Assembly (NCBI GenBank): GCA_051294905.1
Contig: CM119371.1
Span: 8,868,001-8,932,000 of the forward strand
DNA length: 64,000 nt
Reading direction: 5' to 3'
From: Botryllus schlosseri
Taxonomy: Eukaryota
The notes under the pieces were generated by a model. It made no database searches, was not told where the DNA came from, and saw nothing but the letters and a program-made list of their open reading frames with translations. Positions 1 to 13,357 of the stretch are shown here, piece after piece. The position numbers were made by a program, and so were the translations under genes. Within the stretch, counting starts at the first letter, position 1. Every line of letters starts with the position of its first letter.

Positions 1-72
1 AGTCGAGTCTTCAGAAAATCGTGACTCTAGTCGGACTCGAGTCGAGTCATGACACAAGTTATTACAACCCTG
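1..72. mobile_element. Right end of GAGTC/GACTC-rich hAT-type MITE (truncated by window)
   Basis: Ends in TTACAACCCTG, the same terminus as the 6629-8734 element; GACTCGAGTC subrepeats. Confidence 0.7.
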
Positions 73-257
73 CCTTCCATGTCATGCAAGTATACGTTTA
101 CACGACAATAAGGTTGGAGGAGCAAAGTTATTTACTATATCATCAAGGATAGCGTGCCTCACAAAGTTTGGGATCCAGTGAAGGGATGGTGTGAACGTGA
201 TCTTCACGGTCGCGTTCTGGGTGTGAACCTCACAAATTTAGAGGTTCACGTTCACTA

Positions 258-1970
258 ACTAACCTATGTAGGTTCTGCACTGTGAACCCTATTCATATAT
301 TACAATTTTTATTTCAGTCCATCGTCTTTGGTTAAAAATTTATTGCATTTCAACTGCGGGCCATTCTATGCATGGCGCTGGCAGCATAAAATAAATCAAC
401 ACTAAACGGGCAAGCACCTTGACAATCTCCTAAAAATTACTTGCTTTGTTACAAAGGTTTGCTCGGAATATCCATTTTTCCGTTTGTGTATATATAGTGA
501 CTCTCTGCTGTGAACTTGACCCGCAATCGCCTTATATCGAGAGCGAAATACACTACTGGTATCGATGTAGTTAGTCAGCGGATGATGCTTATTCAAGCCA
601 TCAATAAAATTGATATTGCTATCTGATTTAAAAAATCTGACAGGCGTACGGGTTCAATCTTCACTTCATAATTTCATTGTATCATAACAACCAAATCCAT
701 GCGAATGGGATGTTGGCTACTGATGCATAACAAGAAATATGTGGAAGAGGACTTTACTTTTGATCTACGCGATCTTGGGAATGAGGCGTATTGAACATGT
801 GTTCGATTTATGAAAATGGGTAACTTTGAATGGGAAGTCAGTAGCAGCCCGTTCGAATGGAGATACGTCATCTTGTTATTGTGTAGATTATCGCTATTCA
901 TGTCACTGGTAACTGAAAACTGCATACGACGACACTTGTTCCTAGACGACGATGCCTTCTATGTCGTTCAGTCCACGGACAATTTTAAGAATGTTTTGTG
1001 GCGTTCAAGTACATTGCGCATTGGATTTGATCTGACTATTTATTGAGTGTAAGTGTTTTTTATTATAATATTTGCCTTGATTGTGATTTATTTAAATGGT
1101 AATTCGTATGACACCACAACAATATGATAACTTCGTGTTTTCCGTTTTATTTTATTGTATTTCAATAATCATATCTCGCCATAATTCAAACATGTCGGAA
1201 TGCCCAGTTTGATGCTGTGGATAGCCGCGCAGTCATTAGCATCCACAGACACGGTGACATAATAGACATACGTTACGAAACGGGGAGAGTTTCAGGTTGT
1301 TCAGCAACTGGCAGGGAGCGGCGAATCAATACGCATGGACACAACGAATATCTGGATATATTTCGGAATCTAGCATCTAAAGCTAACCTTTAACAATTCG
1401 ACTGGGGTATGGAAGATCGGTTGTGCAATGTTTACTATTCTAAACAGCAACCCGGTATTAAAATTTGAAAATATGTTCCTACACGCAGATTAAGTATCTC
1501 CGATAACAAGGTATTTTTTTCTCTGGAACACTAGACCTGAAAATATTGTGAACCTTCAGAAATTTATAGGTTCAAGTCGAACCACTATAGGTTCTGCATT
1601 GTTAATAGTTTTCATATATTACACTTTTTCAAGTCATTAAAACATCTTTGGTTGAGATTCTTTCCATTTCAACTTCGAGCCACTCTATATTCATGGCGCT
1701 GGCAGCATAAACAAAATCAATACCAAACGAACATGCACCTGCTTTGTTACAAACGTTTGCTCCAAATATTCAGCTTTCATTTTGTAAATATTTTATTGAC
1801 TCTCTACTGTGAGCTGGGCCAGTAATCACACAACATCATGAGCGAAATTTGTTAGATGTAGGACGTAGGTAGTTCGCGAATGATGCTCATTCAACCAATC
1901 AATAAAATTGATTAAAAATAATACATCGTTGTCTAATGTAAAAATCCAGCAGACTTATGGGATCGATCTT
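258..1970 (+). repeat. Diverged direct duplication (~258-660 vs ~1575-1970)
   Basis: Shared blocks TAGGTTCTGCA, TTCATATATTACA, CATGGCGCTGGCAGCATAAA, GATGCT(T/C)ATTCAA..ATCAATAAAATTGAT occur in the same order. Confidence 0.7.
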
Positions 1971-2759
1971 GATTTTATATGTTGGGGTGATAACTATTGT
2001 ATAGGGTTACCATATTTCAAAATTGTTGCTGAAGTGACGGATGATATTGATTTTATGGGATTATTATATCATTTTATTGCTACGGTTTAGTTGTATTGAA
2101 AATGCGGGCGAGGATGTTTTCAAGTGAGGCAGGTTGATTGAGTTACTATTTCTCTTTTTCCAGTCTGTATCTTAACGATTACCATGTTGCAGTTCTTGAA
2201 TACAATTTCAGTTATGAAATGTCTGTTTACTTTAAAATAATAGTAGTAAAGTTCATCCTACCTTCAGCTTCTGTTGATGATACTTTTTTCAGAACTCAAA
2301 TATGGTCATTTAATATTTACCGCTACTCAGAGTAACATGAAGGAATTTGTGAAAACAGGATTATTTTTGGACTAAGATATTGAAATATGCGATTACAGCA
2401 GGGTCAGGATTGTATCAGCATTATGATATCATGAAACAGGATGGAATCAGTATCCCCAAAAAATAATGATCCGTACATCTCTAGCATCTACTCATAAATC
2501 AACTGCTGCAGTGCAGTCACACTATATGTTCGGTGAATATCAATATATAGGTTGTTAAGCATTTAGTTAGCGCAGTGCTCTTCAACCGGGGTGGTCGTAC
2601 ACCCTAGGGTGTACCAGAATTTGCAAAGGGTGTACCACTCAGATGGGGTGTACAGGGGTGTACCAGATCCGAATTACAATGAGCCGACGGCTAGCTATCA
2701 CAAAGGCAGGTTTATGGGCCAGTACAGGTTGACGCACAGGTGAATGAGCAGTATGGTAC

Positions 2760-4869
2760 CATAGTGTCCTATATGGTGTCGACACAAGCAAATCGCACGG
2801 TTCAATGAAATTGTATCACGTCACAGTTTCCATTTGGCTACAGGCAATTTGACGGTGATTTTTGACCGGCTTGCCGAGCATTAAATTTGATGAATCGGGT
2901 ATCAATCGAAAGCTGACTCTGCACTGATTACGAAAATATAAATTTTATTCCGCTCGCGGCCCTGGAACCCCCACAATCAGCCCCCAATTATTCACTGTCG
3001 AGTAGATTGGCAGTGTGACGCAACAATGATGTCTGGCGAAACGAGAGACTAGCTCAAGAGCAAGGATGCGGCCGAGCGGCGAGAGTGGGATCAGCTGACG
3101 TCGCGGCAATAGCGATGTGCAAACGCGCCACAGAGAAACGCTGCGCTGTTGATACTTTTTCTATGCGTTTCGGTACAAGCGAGCACACACCAGCCTTTCC
3201 TTGACTTGTAAGGGTAGAACTGGGTCCACGGAATGTATTAGGGCCCTACCAATTTTCGCGCAATATCCTTCAGCTGATAAAGATATGTAGGCTACGTCTA
3301 AGTAGTCTACATTGGATATGTCAGATTATTATGATATCGATTGCCTTAGCCCGCTTGTTGCGTAGGGCTCGAGAGACACGTCGCGCTGTTGATGGCGGGT
3401 GTCGATACTTTCTATAGTCGCTTTTATGGTTAAGTGTGAGCAAGGAGCATTGAGCATGAGCATACATTACAAGCTTTTATTTGATCCGTATGGGTAGGAC
3501 TTGGTCCGCGAATGCAGCAGGTAAAATGTTGATTGTTGAATAAAGTTTAACAGCAGGAGTGTCGAATTAAACTGGTATCGCTGTCCGGATTCAATCCGTT
3601 ACTAGAAAGCTTGCGGGCCATACCTGCCAAATGATTCCAAAATGTTACCACCAAATTCACACCTTTGTTTTTCACTGGAATATATCTGATATCACTATAA
3701 ACATTGACGTTGGAATTTGGTTTAGCATTTTTCAATCACCAAATAGTTTTTTTGAATGCCGGGGACCTTTTGCGTCAAAAGTAATACAGTGGTATCACAG
3801 ATATTTGAAATATATTCATTCTGTAGCCTGTATATATATTCCTAATGTAACTTACGTAAAACGGATTTGCAGTATTTTTTTCGCATCTGTGAATAACTGA
3901 ATGTCCATTGTCCATTCGGCCCAACAGAGTTTGCACTTTCTCGCCTTCTCGGAATTTGGCAAGGTCACCGACGTGGTGCTTATGGGGACTAGAGTGAAAA
4001 CTCAACACTGTAGTTGTATTACTACAATATGATATATTTACATTATCTAAATTTGCTGTCTTGAGTGAATCTTATTACTTGAAAGTATATTTTTCTTACT
4101 AGAAATATCTCTAACAGCTGAAGGATTGCGCGAAAATTGGTAGGGACCAAATACATTCCGTGGACCCAGTTCTACCATTACAAGTCAAGGAAAGGCTGGT
4201 GTGTGCTCGCTTTTAGCGAAGCGCATAGAAGAAGTATCAACAGTGCCACGCATCTCTGGAGCCCTACGCAACAAGCGGGCTAAGGCAATCGATATCATAA
4301 TAATCTGACATATCCAATGTAGACTACTTAGACGTAGCCTACATATCTCTATCAGCTGAAGGATATTGCGCGAAAATTGGTAGGGCCCTAATACATTCCG
4401 TGGACCCAGTTCTACCCTTACAAGTCAAGGAAAGGCTGGTGTGTGCTCGCTTGTACCGAAACACATAGAAAAAGTATCAACAGCGCAGCGTTTCTCTGTG
4501 GCGCGTTAGCACATCGCTATTGCCGCGACGTCAGCTGATCCCACTCTCGCCGCTCGGCCGCATCCTTGCTCTTGAGCTAGTCTCTCGTTTCGCCAGACAT
4601 CATTGTTGCGTCACACTGCCAATCTACTCGACAATGAATAATTTGGGGCAGATTGTGGGGGTTCCAGGGCTATGAGTGGAATAAAATTTATATTTTCGCA
4701 AGCAGTACAGCGTCAGCTTTCGATTGATACCCGATTCATCAAATTTAATGCTCGGCAAGTCGGTCAAAAATCACCGTCAAATTGCCCGTAGCCAAATGGA
4801 AACTGTGACGTGATACAATTTCATTGAACCGTGCGATTTGCTTGTGTCGACACCATATAGGACACTATG
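2760..4869. mobile_element. Foldback element with ~615-bp inverted arms (P/Galileo-like, non-autonomous)
   Basis: 2760-3376 is the near-perfect reverse complement of ~4253-4869; termini CATAG...CTATG; 7-bp flanking duplication ATGGTAC; extra partial arm copy at ~4085-4245. Confidence 0.8.
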
Positions 4870-5744
4870 ATGGTACGATGTTATCTCAAGTGTAATACTG
4901 TACACCGCTTGATTGTGATGTCATAAGCCAATATTTCTCCTATTCATTTAGCCGTCGGTAATAGACCAATGGTTCCGTTTGGTGTTGGAAAGTATGCAGT
5001 TAACAAACATGTGTTCAGCTAGTCATTTGTCTTTTAGTGATTTTTAGAGAACCGCCGCGATAACTCAGACTTCCTGAATCGGTACTTCCTACCCGACGTT
5101 AATAAATACCGCAATGCACATAAATGAAGTGATGTAGCCAGCCAGGGTCGAAACAGCTTCCATGTTGAAATCGAAACCCTTTTGTTTTGAAATGCCGATT
5201 TTATGTCCAATATTTCGCCATACATTTGCAATTCAGTATTTTGTTATTAGTGATGCAAATTAGCGACAATAGACTGTCCATAGCGGCATACGATCTGAGG
5301 TTACTGACATCTTTTGCAGCCCAGGTGCTACTATCGACTATGTGTGGTGTGGGGCAGGCCTGATACGCAATATGCTGGGCTGGTGCGCCTGCTATCATCG
5401 CTGATCTGAATAACCGCTTCTGCAGTAGTAACTTTACCTATACTCTCTCCCCAATACCGTTACATTTAGGTTGATTATCGCTCGTAATGTCATGCTGTTT
5501 TTGGGCTGACACTAAATAAATTCCAATTTGCGTGGCGGGCGGCTTAACTGGCTGCGAATAGACTCTGTGACCAAATACTATTTTATTCAAATCCAAATTT
5601 TTTGTCGGCAATAACTCTGCTTCTACTGGTTGGAATTGAATCAAATTTGAAGAACATTGTTTTTATAGACAACCTAATACTTTAATCGGTGAACAGAAAA
5701 ATTTCAAATTTTTCGTTATTTATTTTATGGTCCGTGGACATATG

Positions 5745-6010
5745 GAAATGCGACATTACAGCATGCGAGACTTCGACATGCGACAATTTGGCATGCGACA
5801 CATGAGCATGTGGGTTAAATTACGGGTTAGGGGTAGGTTAGGGTTGGATTTATGGTTGGGTTAGGGTTAGACTTTAGGTTAGGTTAGGCTATGTTTCGGG
5901 ATAGGGTAAGTTTTTGGGTTATAAAGTATCATGCTGAAGTGACGCATGCTGATGTGTTCCATGCTGAACTGTCGTTTTCCATTGTGTCGCATGCTCATAT
6001 GTCGGGCAAC
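5745..6010. repeat. Small repeat element with degenerate (GGGTTA)n core flanked by GCATGCGAC-type inverted subrepeats
   Basis: GGGTTA/GGTTAG runs at 5812-5920; CATGCGA repeats on the left and GCATGCT/TCGCATG repeats on the right. Confidence 0.55.
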
Positions 6011-6628
6011 CTTATTTTATATAAGAAATAGAAACTTTCTTCTCCCGTAGCAATGCGGCTACTGGTTGGAATTGAACCAAATTTGGTGTGTAGGCTAAAG
6101 TTAGGCAACCTAACAATTTTATGAAGTAGCCAGTACGATTTGAGAAAAAAAGTCATTTTTGAAGACCCCTAATGAACAGGGGTGTACGAGTTTTGAGCAA
6201 ACGTTAAAAGGGTGTACCACGTCGAAAAAGGTTGAAGAGCACTGAGTTAGCGCTATGTCCCATGTATAGATTCAGGATTCAGGAACCTGATGAGCCATTC
6301 ACGGCTTCACACCATCCCTAGTGACAACCATATCATCCGAGCACTGATAACGAAAGCCATCACATGAAATATACTGGTCAAATATTATATATTATATGTG
6401 CTATCAGGTAGAAATAGGCTACCCGTGCCTCGAATTAATAAACTCATAGTAAAATTTCTGCATGGATTCTAATGACAAGCGTCGGTGAATACTTTGTATG
6501 TGTTGTAATTTATATATGTTTATGTTCGGTAAGGCTAACGTTGCCTTTGCTGCATGGTTACGAAGGTTACAGATAACTCATAGTGTTTGCAGACTCAATT
6601 GAATGCTATATACGCGAAGCGTACATAC

Positions 6629-8734
6629 CAGGGTTGTAACCAAGTCACAATGCTCCGAGTCACAAGTCAATCTCAGTTTTACAGTTTTGACTCTAGTCAA
6701 GTCGAGTCATTTTCAATTCACCACCGAGTCAAGTCCGAGTCCAAGTCACCGAGCAGAGGGTCGAGTCTGAGTCATGGTATTATTACTCGAGTCGAGTCAA
6801 AGTCATTGTGTTGACTGCCCAGTTTCCAGTTAAAGGCTTGTTAAATCCACTTTTTGTGACTCTGTTTGGTGATATCGAATTGTTACCATTTATAAAATAC
6901 TAATTTTTGTCATTTATAGCAGTTTCTGGGCGAATTTTCAACCAATAGACCAGTGCTTTTCAACCTTTTTGAGCTCCATTCGCACTTTTTTTGTGAAATA
7001 AATTTCATTCGCACAACATTTTGTTCAGATGTACAACAAATTGGATAACTATCAAATGTCTCATTAAAAAGGCAATTTTTGTCGCTCATTTTATTTCCAA
7101 TTATCTCAATACAACCCTTCTCGACCAAACAATGTTGTTCGGAATTTGTACAAGAACTTCTACTATAGTGCTTGGATGACCAGGTCTGAAAATCATACTC
7201 TGGCGGGCCGCGTGTTTGAGACCTCTGTTTTAGACTACCACCAAAATCTGAGTTTTTGTGGCATCTCGCGACCCGAGCCTCACCCACGAAGAGGAATTTA
7301 TATTTAATATTACAGTTGTATGCTACGATGTTACGGGCATGTATGACATACAGAACGCGCACATCACAATTCTAATCAACACAGCTCTACAACACATGTC
7401 TGACGTACGCGATTTCAAATTAGGGCGAATTAAATTCCTCTGCGTATCACAGCTGTCTACTCAGATTGCAAGAACGCGACTATTCCGTACCGACAACGGA
7501 GCATATCCAATCCATCTCGAAAGGTTTGGCCATCCAGCATCGGTCATTTTTAGACCGAGGTTTTGTCGCCGCTATGTTTTGGCACCACATTTTATCAGCG
7601 GTTTATTCGCCAAAACTTTACGTCTTCATGTGCCCCGACGCCGAAATGAATGAGTCTCATAGGCCTGAACTCGCTCGTTGCACACCCTAAACTAGTTCAT
7701 CCCAACGGTCTTCGACCATGATTTACAGAAAAAAACAGTCGGACAAATCTGATCATGAATGCCATGCCATATGCCATGCTGCGCGTCTCGCTTATTGGCT
7801 ACAGTACCTAACACAGTGACCTTGGATATGTAAAAACGATCGCAGGATTTTTTGCATTAAATTCAATAAACATTACATACATATTAACAGATAGCTCTGG
7901 CATAGTGTCGACCCAAAATTATACCCTTTGTGGTCCCTACTTTAATAACCATGAAGGGGTAAAAATTTACGGTACAGTAAACTTGCGAATGTGAGTCGCT
8001 GTAATGATGGTATTTACTACTATCCTCGTACCTCGCGCTAATCGAACAGTTATTACGAAAATATGATGATTGTTTAGCGAAAGAAAGCCTGCCACTATAT
8101 AGATTGTAGAGATCTCTATAATGCCACTACACCAGCTTCCAAACCAGACTTTTGGTGACGTAATAATTATAGTATGGGAATATTAATTCACTACGGCTTG
8201 TAAGAGCCACGGTTGGTGGTGCGTTGCACTACGGCTTGTAAGAGCCACGATTAGTGGTGCGTCGTATTAAGTTTTTACAATTGCGTCGCAACTACAAAAG
8301 TTACACTGATTCTAAATTTCCTATTAGGTTTATTTGAATTATTCCTCGTCAGAAAAGTTAACAATTAATCACGATTTTCATTCGCACTTTCATTCGCACC
8401 ACCTTCGTCATTCGCAGTGCAATTTTTATCATTCGCACCAGTGCGAACCGTCACACAGGTTGAAAAGCACTGCAATAGACGAAATCCCAATAGTGTGATT
8501 ACTTTACCATTTCTCGAAATTACAATGAAACGTCGGTCTTGGTCGTCTGAGTCTCGAGTCATATGACTTGGTTCGAGTCATGCGCAATGACTCGAGTCCA
8601 AGTCGAATCGATACACAAATTGACTCGAGTCGAGTCGAGTCATTTCCGTGATTTGAGAAAATGACTCGAGTCAAGTCGAGTCATCTGAAAACCGTGACTC
8701 GAGTCGAGTCATGACTCGAGTCATTACAACCCTG
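6629..8734. mobile_element. GAGTC-rich hAT-type MITE with nested insertion
   Basis: TIR CAGGGTTGTAA / TTACAACCCTG; TSD GTACATAC / GTACATAT (7 of 8). Confidence 0.85.
6951..8472. mobile_element. Non-autonomous hAT element nested in 6629-8734
   Basis: TIR CAGTGCTTTTCAACCT / AGGTTGAAAAGCACTG; perfect TSD CAATAGAC; CATTCGCAC subterminal repeats. Confidence 0.85.
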
Positions 8735-9648
8735 GTACATATCAAACATTATTTTAGGTATCACACAAGACGAGCAGCGTGACAACCAAGTTGTAGCCAA
8801 CTGAATAGTAAATAGTATTGGAAACGGTTCTTCAGTTTTGTTCAATACGCCTTTCTAGGAGCGTATATTTATTCCGCGACCTTGGCAATCCTGAATGTCA
8901 AGACATCGGTAACTCCAATATCACCAGAACATATTGCGACGTGAGCATTTCTAAAGTTGTCAAAACGGATTCAAACCTGGCAGTTGCGTTATCTGAGATT
9001 GGCCATTCGGTGCAAGACTGCGTTCTCACTTCTAGGAATTATAAACATGTCTGCTAATCGAGACAGCGAGCCAGAAATCAGCAGTCAAAAATTGATGAAC
9101 CCGCATCAGGATAACGTCGGTTTTTGGCGTAGTGGTCTAGTTCAGCGTAGCAGGAAGTGGTTGTTGTTGTTTGTGCTATTCATGGAGTTTGTCGACTTCC
9201 AACGAAAGAGTTTTCCGTGCCCGGCCAAGGAAGTTTCGGGGCCGGCCATTAAATTCACTGTGACAGGCCATGGAATAGCACTTTTTATGGCCGGCCACTA
9301 AAAAATTCGTTGCCATTAAGTGGCCAAGGGAATGCTGAAAGTCCGTCTCAATATGTTCCAGTGAACTTTTTTTGCAAAGGGGTGTTATATTGCTTGAATA
9401 AAACTTGGGTATTTGAGGCTGTAGCCTATATAGCCAGTACGCTAAATTATATTCTCAAAATGATATATTATACATATAAAGCGGCCAAATTACATCATTT
9501 CATAACGCATGAGCTATAAGTAACAAAGTCAGAAGGTTCAACTGAAAGTTTAACATGAAGTAACGCAGGCTTATGTAATGACGAAGTGGATTAAATCATT
9601 TTTTCACCTTTCAACATATCATAGGACGTAAAATGATGCTCGTAAATC

Positions 9649-9836
9649 CAGGGTTGTAACCAAGTCACAAGTCTTCAAGTCACAGATCAATTTCACATTT
9701 ATAGTTTTGACGTGAGTCATTTTCAATTCACCACCGAGTCAAGTACGAGTCCAAGTCACCGAGAAGAGGGTCGAGTCCGAGTCCAAGTCACCGAGAAGAG
9801 AGTCGAGTCCGAGTCACGGTATTATGACTCGAGTCC
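9649..9836 (+). mobile_element. Partial (left-end) copy of GAGTC-rich MITE
   Basis: Begins CAGGGTTGTAACCAAGTCAC, similar to 6629-6800. Confidence 0.7.
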
Positions 9837-10550
9837 GTGTAAACATTGTGACGTCACGTTCGCGTTCACACACAACCATTTAAAAAGGTTCGCGTTCACT
9901 CGAACCTGAACCTTTCAGAGGTTCACACCATCCCTAACTTACTCGCCACCGATAATAACACGGCTAAAGAGAACAAACAACACCCAGCATGTAACCAACT
10001 ATACGTCACGGGGTCACAGAATGCCAATGACTGCCATACTGACCTGATTAGATAGCTATATACCCTACGAAAAATGCAAGTTACGCCCTTTTCATATATA
10101 TTACCATTTCCGTGACAGTTTCAAAGATTGTTTCGTCCATAGGATTGCCAAGTCACTGTTCCGAGTCATAAGTGTTTCTCTGATTTGAACGTTTGGCATG
10201 ACTCAGCTCGAGGTCTTTTTATATAATCACCCAGCAGTCAATCCGAAATCGAGTACTTTTGCGATAAGTTCGCACCAAACCAAGTCACGATTTTCAGTGA
10301 AAAATCATCCACGGGTCATGTTTTATCATCATGAACTATAAATGTGACGTAATAGCTGATCTTCTACCGCATGGTAAGTTTCAAAAGTGATGTGATGTTG
10401 AAGTTTGTTGAGATTTCAGTGAATTTTATAGTCGTTTTGGCGTGAACCGTGCCGTAATTTGAAAATACGGCCGCAGATTGCCGGAACCAGAAGCATGCAA
10501 GCAGTAATGTCTGAAAACCGCACGATTGAATAGGAATAGCCTACATAAAG

Positions 10551-10735
10551 TAGTGCGGGGCTAATCGACAAATTCTCTGGTCCGGCTCCGATCCGGTTGT
10601 TCCACTCTCTGGTCCGGCTCCGATCCCGCTCCGGCCGTGTCAGGTAAAGTACTGATGCGGCTCCAATCCGGCTCCGGCCAAGATTGTAAAAATCCGGCCG
10701 GATTTTCAATCCGGCTCCGGTCCATGCTCCGCACT
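10551..10735. mobile_element. Small CCGGCTCCG-rich MITE
   Basis: Ends TAGTGCGG / CCGCACTA; internal TCCGGCTCCG repeats; imperfect flanking duplication. Confidence 0.55.
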
Positions 10736-10806
10736 AACATATGGTATAAGCTATCGAAATATCCAAAGTCAAAGATACTGAACTACACCAATATCGATAT
10801 CGTGAT

Positions 10807-11321
10807 TAGGGCTGGGCAAAATCGAGTACCTGGGTGATTCGATTCTGAATCACGTATTCTGCTTCGCGTCGAGTCATCGAGTACTGCCCTGACGTCATAA
10901 CCGAATGTAGTATGTCAAAGTATGAATATGTACCCTTTTATGTCACCACATAGAATATGACGCCCGTTAGCCACCACACTAAAGATATTGCGGTATTTTT
11001 TAGACCAGACCGATTGCATTGTACTTGGTGACAATGTTGTGGAATTATCATGACTTCAGAAATGTGTTATTCCCATTATCGTTCGTAGCTTTGTACAATA
11101 TGTATTGTATTTTTATGTTATGGTACGGTCAGTGAAGATTGCAAGACATAAACAGTGAGAATTAGTATCGTAACTATAATTTTGGTTGATAAACAAACTT
11201 TCAGTGGCGAGGAGCGTTTCATTTAAGGACTCGAAACAATCGTATTTTAATACTCGACTCGAATCATTAAAATTATTACTCGATTCAGATTCGAGTACTC
11301 CAATGATTATGCCCAGCCCTG
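10807..11321. mobile_element. hAT-type MITE (TAGGGCTGGGCA family)
   Basis: TIR TAGGGCTGGGCA / TGCCCAGCCCTG; TSD ATCGTGAT / GTCGTGAT; second copy in opposite orientation at 44083-44598. Confidence 0.8.
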
Positions 11322-11536
11322 GTCGTGATGTAGGCCTACAAATCCTAATACGCCCATAAGCGTCACTGTAATGCAATGAAATAAAAAAATACTTATAGAA
11401 TTAGGCGTATTCTGTTCTAATCTACGGTGCGAACATTTTTCGAAGCATAAGATTTTTTTCCAGTTACTCCAATCTCCCAGTATTACATTAAACAGTTCTC
11501 GCGAAAATAGAACAATTTATTGAATTTCATCACAAA

Positions 11537-11830
11537 CATAGTCAGTGCTAAATTAGCGAATGATTTCTAGCGCATATGTCTGGACGCACAATTGCTAATG
11601 CTACCATAATGTCCTAAATGGTGTGGATACAGCGTGATGGAATGGCTCATTGCATTTGGGTTACGTCGCGCTTTATATTTGGCCAAAGGCAATTTTACGG
11701 CTATTTTTGAGAGACTTCTCGAGTGCTAAATCTCATAACGCGGGTATCAATGAAAAGCTACTGCTATCCTGATTACGAAAATATAGATTATATTTTGCTC
11801 ATAGCCCTTGAACCCCCCATAATCAGCCTC
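11537..11830 (+). repeat. Diverged fragment related to the foldback arm at 2760-2990
   Basis: Shared GGCAATTT.ACGG, GGGTATCAAT.GAAAGCT, CTGATTACGAAAATATA, GAACCCCC..AATCAGCC; starts CATAG. Confidence 0.6.
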
Positions 11831-12940
11831 GAATTTTGCATCGTGGCGAAGTTTAGCACTAATTCTGTCTGGTTCTTGCTCATGAGCTGCAGTCTCGTTT
11901 TGCCAGACAGCTTTGCTGCATCACTATCTCACCATGCCAAATTTCGTTATTGTTATACCGTAGTAGCCGAGTAGGATACAAGGTGCACTCATAACCTAAC
12001 TGCACCAAGCACGAACATTTTTAAAAGTTAATAAATTAGTTCGGCCAATGATAATGTCACTTGCATATATTGCGGGTTGCCTCTGTAACCAGTGGGCTCA
12101 TTTGGTAAACACAGGGTTATTCGGCGCATAGATTTATTCGGAGATAACATTATCGACGATTTTGGTGAAGATGCGCCAATCATTTTGTGCCAAGGTTTCA
12201 TCGCCGACCATCTTTCTGCGAGTGCAGACGCGAAGTCGGATGTTGGACGACACTTTCTCTTATAATGGCCAATATAATCAATTACGTAAATTGGGCGTAT
12301 CTTTATATTGGGAATGGGTACTAAAAGCAAGATATGAGTGACAATAAATCGCGCGAAGTGCTAAAAATATATCAAGTAAAATAAACCTACCACGAACTAT
12401 TCTACTTTATGGTCATATAGGGAGATCTACGAAAAATGTTGCTGGTCACGCCAATGCGTCGGAACTGGTATTTGAGTCACAAACATCCAAAATTTGTGGT
12501 CAGGCAAATCAAAGTTTTGGTTGGTCTTTGAAGTTCAAAGTATATATTAACTAAGTAATTTATTATTTGATATGGTAACTAATTTCGCGAATTATCTTGC
12601 AGGCTACTGAAAATCTTATCTCGGGCCACATGTGGCAGGCAGGCCACTGGTTGGGTACCTCTGATTTATAGATTGTTTATTGTCTGCTATAGACTAGAAT
12701 AATGTTGGGAACTCATGAACCAAACGCCCTATTTAACGGTACATGTGAAACATTTTAGTTTATCATACCATACATCTATAATGTGACGTAATTATTTATA
12801 GATTATATTTCATGATAACATCAGAATTTACATCAAACATTAGACGTAAAAAAATTTTATATTGTAGATTATGATAACATCAGAAATCCCAATTTGTCTA
12901 GGATTATGCGTGCGAAATATGATGACAAGGCTTTTTGCGG

Positions 12941-13122
12941 CATTTAATTTCCTGAAATTCGTGTTATTTACTATTTTTTATTCTTATCCTAAAAGATCTC
13001 CGTATGCTCTCTTCATCAGTTCCATATAGTACCATCATGCAGTATGCACCGTAGTAAATGCCGTCATTCTTATCAGATCATGTCGGTCAATGATTGACAT
13101 AATCACATACCCCATTTAAATT
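12941..13122 (-). repeat. LTR-like terminal direct repeat, 3' copy (segment A 12941-13091 followed by segment B)
   Basis: 12941-13091 matches 48630-48780 with 3 mismatches; contains AATAAA on the minus (coding) strand; lies ~240 bp beyond the env2 stop. Confidence 0.8.
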
Positions 13123-13357
13123 AACTTTCATGACCCGAGGGCAGTTCATTCAACTCTTATTTAGGCCTATTATAATTCATCAAGCACCTTAGGGCAGTTC
13201 AAATCCATAACTTTGATGTCATTTCGACATGTTGTGAGATACGATTTCGAAAGGTTGTTATTATAATCACGCAATATAATCGTGACTCGGAAGCGTATAA
13301 CAAAATAGTTTTTTTTTTTTATTAATTTTTTTGTTCTGTTTTATTAGTACCGTTTTA

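Larger units (their letters stand above)
2573..6244. mobile_element. Non-autonomous hAT-type element carrying nested insertions
   Basis: TIR CAGTGCTCTTCAACC / GGTTGAAGAGCACTG; perfect 8-bp TSD AGTTAGCG (2565-2572, 6245-6252); GGGTGTAC subterminal repeats. Confidence 0.85.

Noticed and set aside
8560..8734. GACTCGAGTC arrays as a CRISPR array
   Set aside because: No constant repeat-spacer period; these are MITE subterminal repeats in eukaryotic DNA.
182..9936. AGGGATGGTGTGAAC / TTCACACCATCCCTA ends (182, ~6320, ~9936) as one element
   Set aside because: They look like TIRs of a further MITE family, but I could not pair them with a matching TSD.
402..12330. Short ORFs (60-150 aa) in the first 12 kb
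   Set aside because: They fall in MITEs or AT-rich non-coding DNA and have no protein motifs.
12990..13030. CTGATGA in the terminal repeat as a hammerhead core
   Set aside because: No correctly placed GAAA or closing stems.
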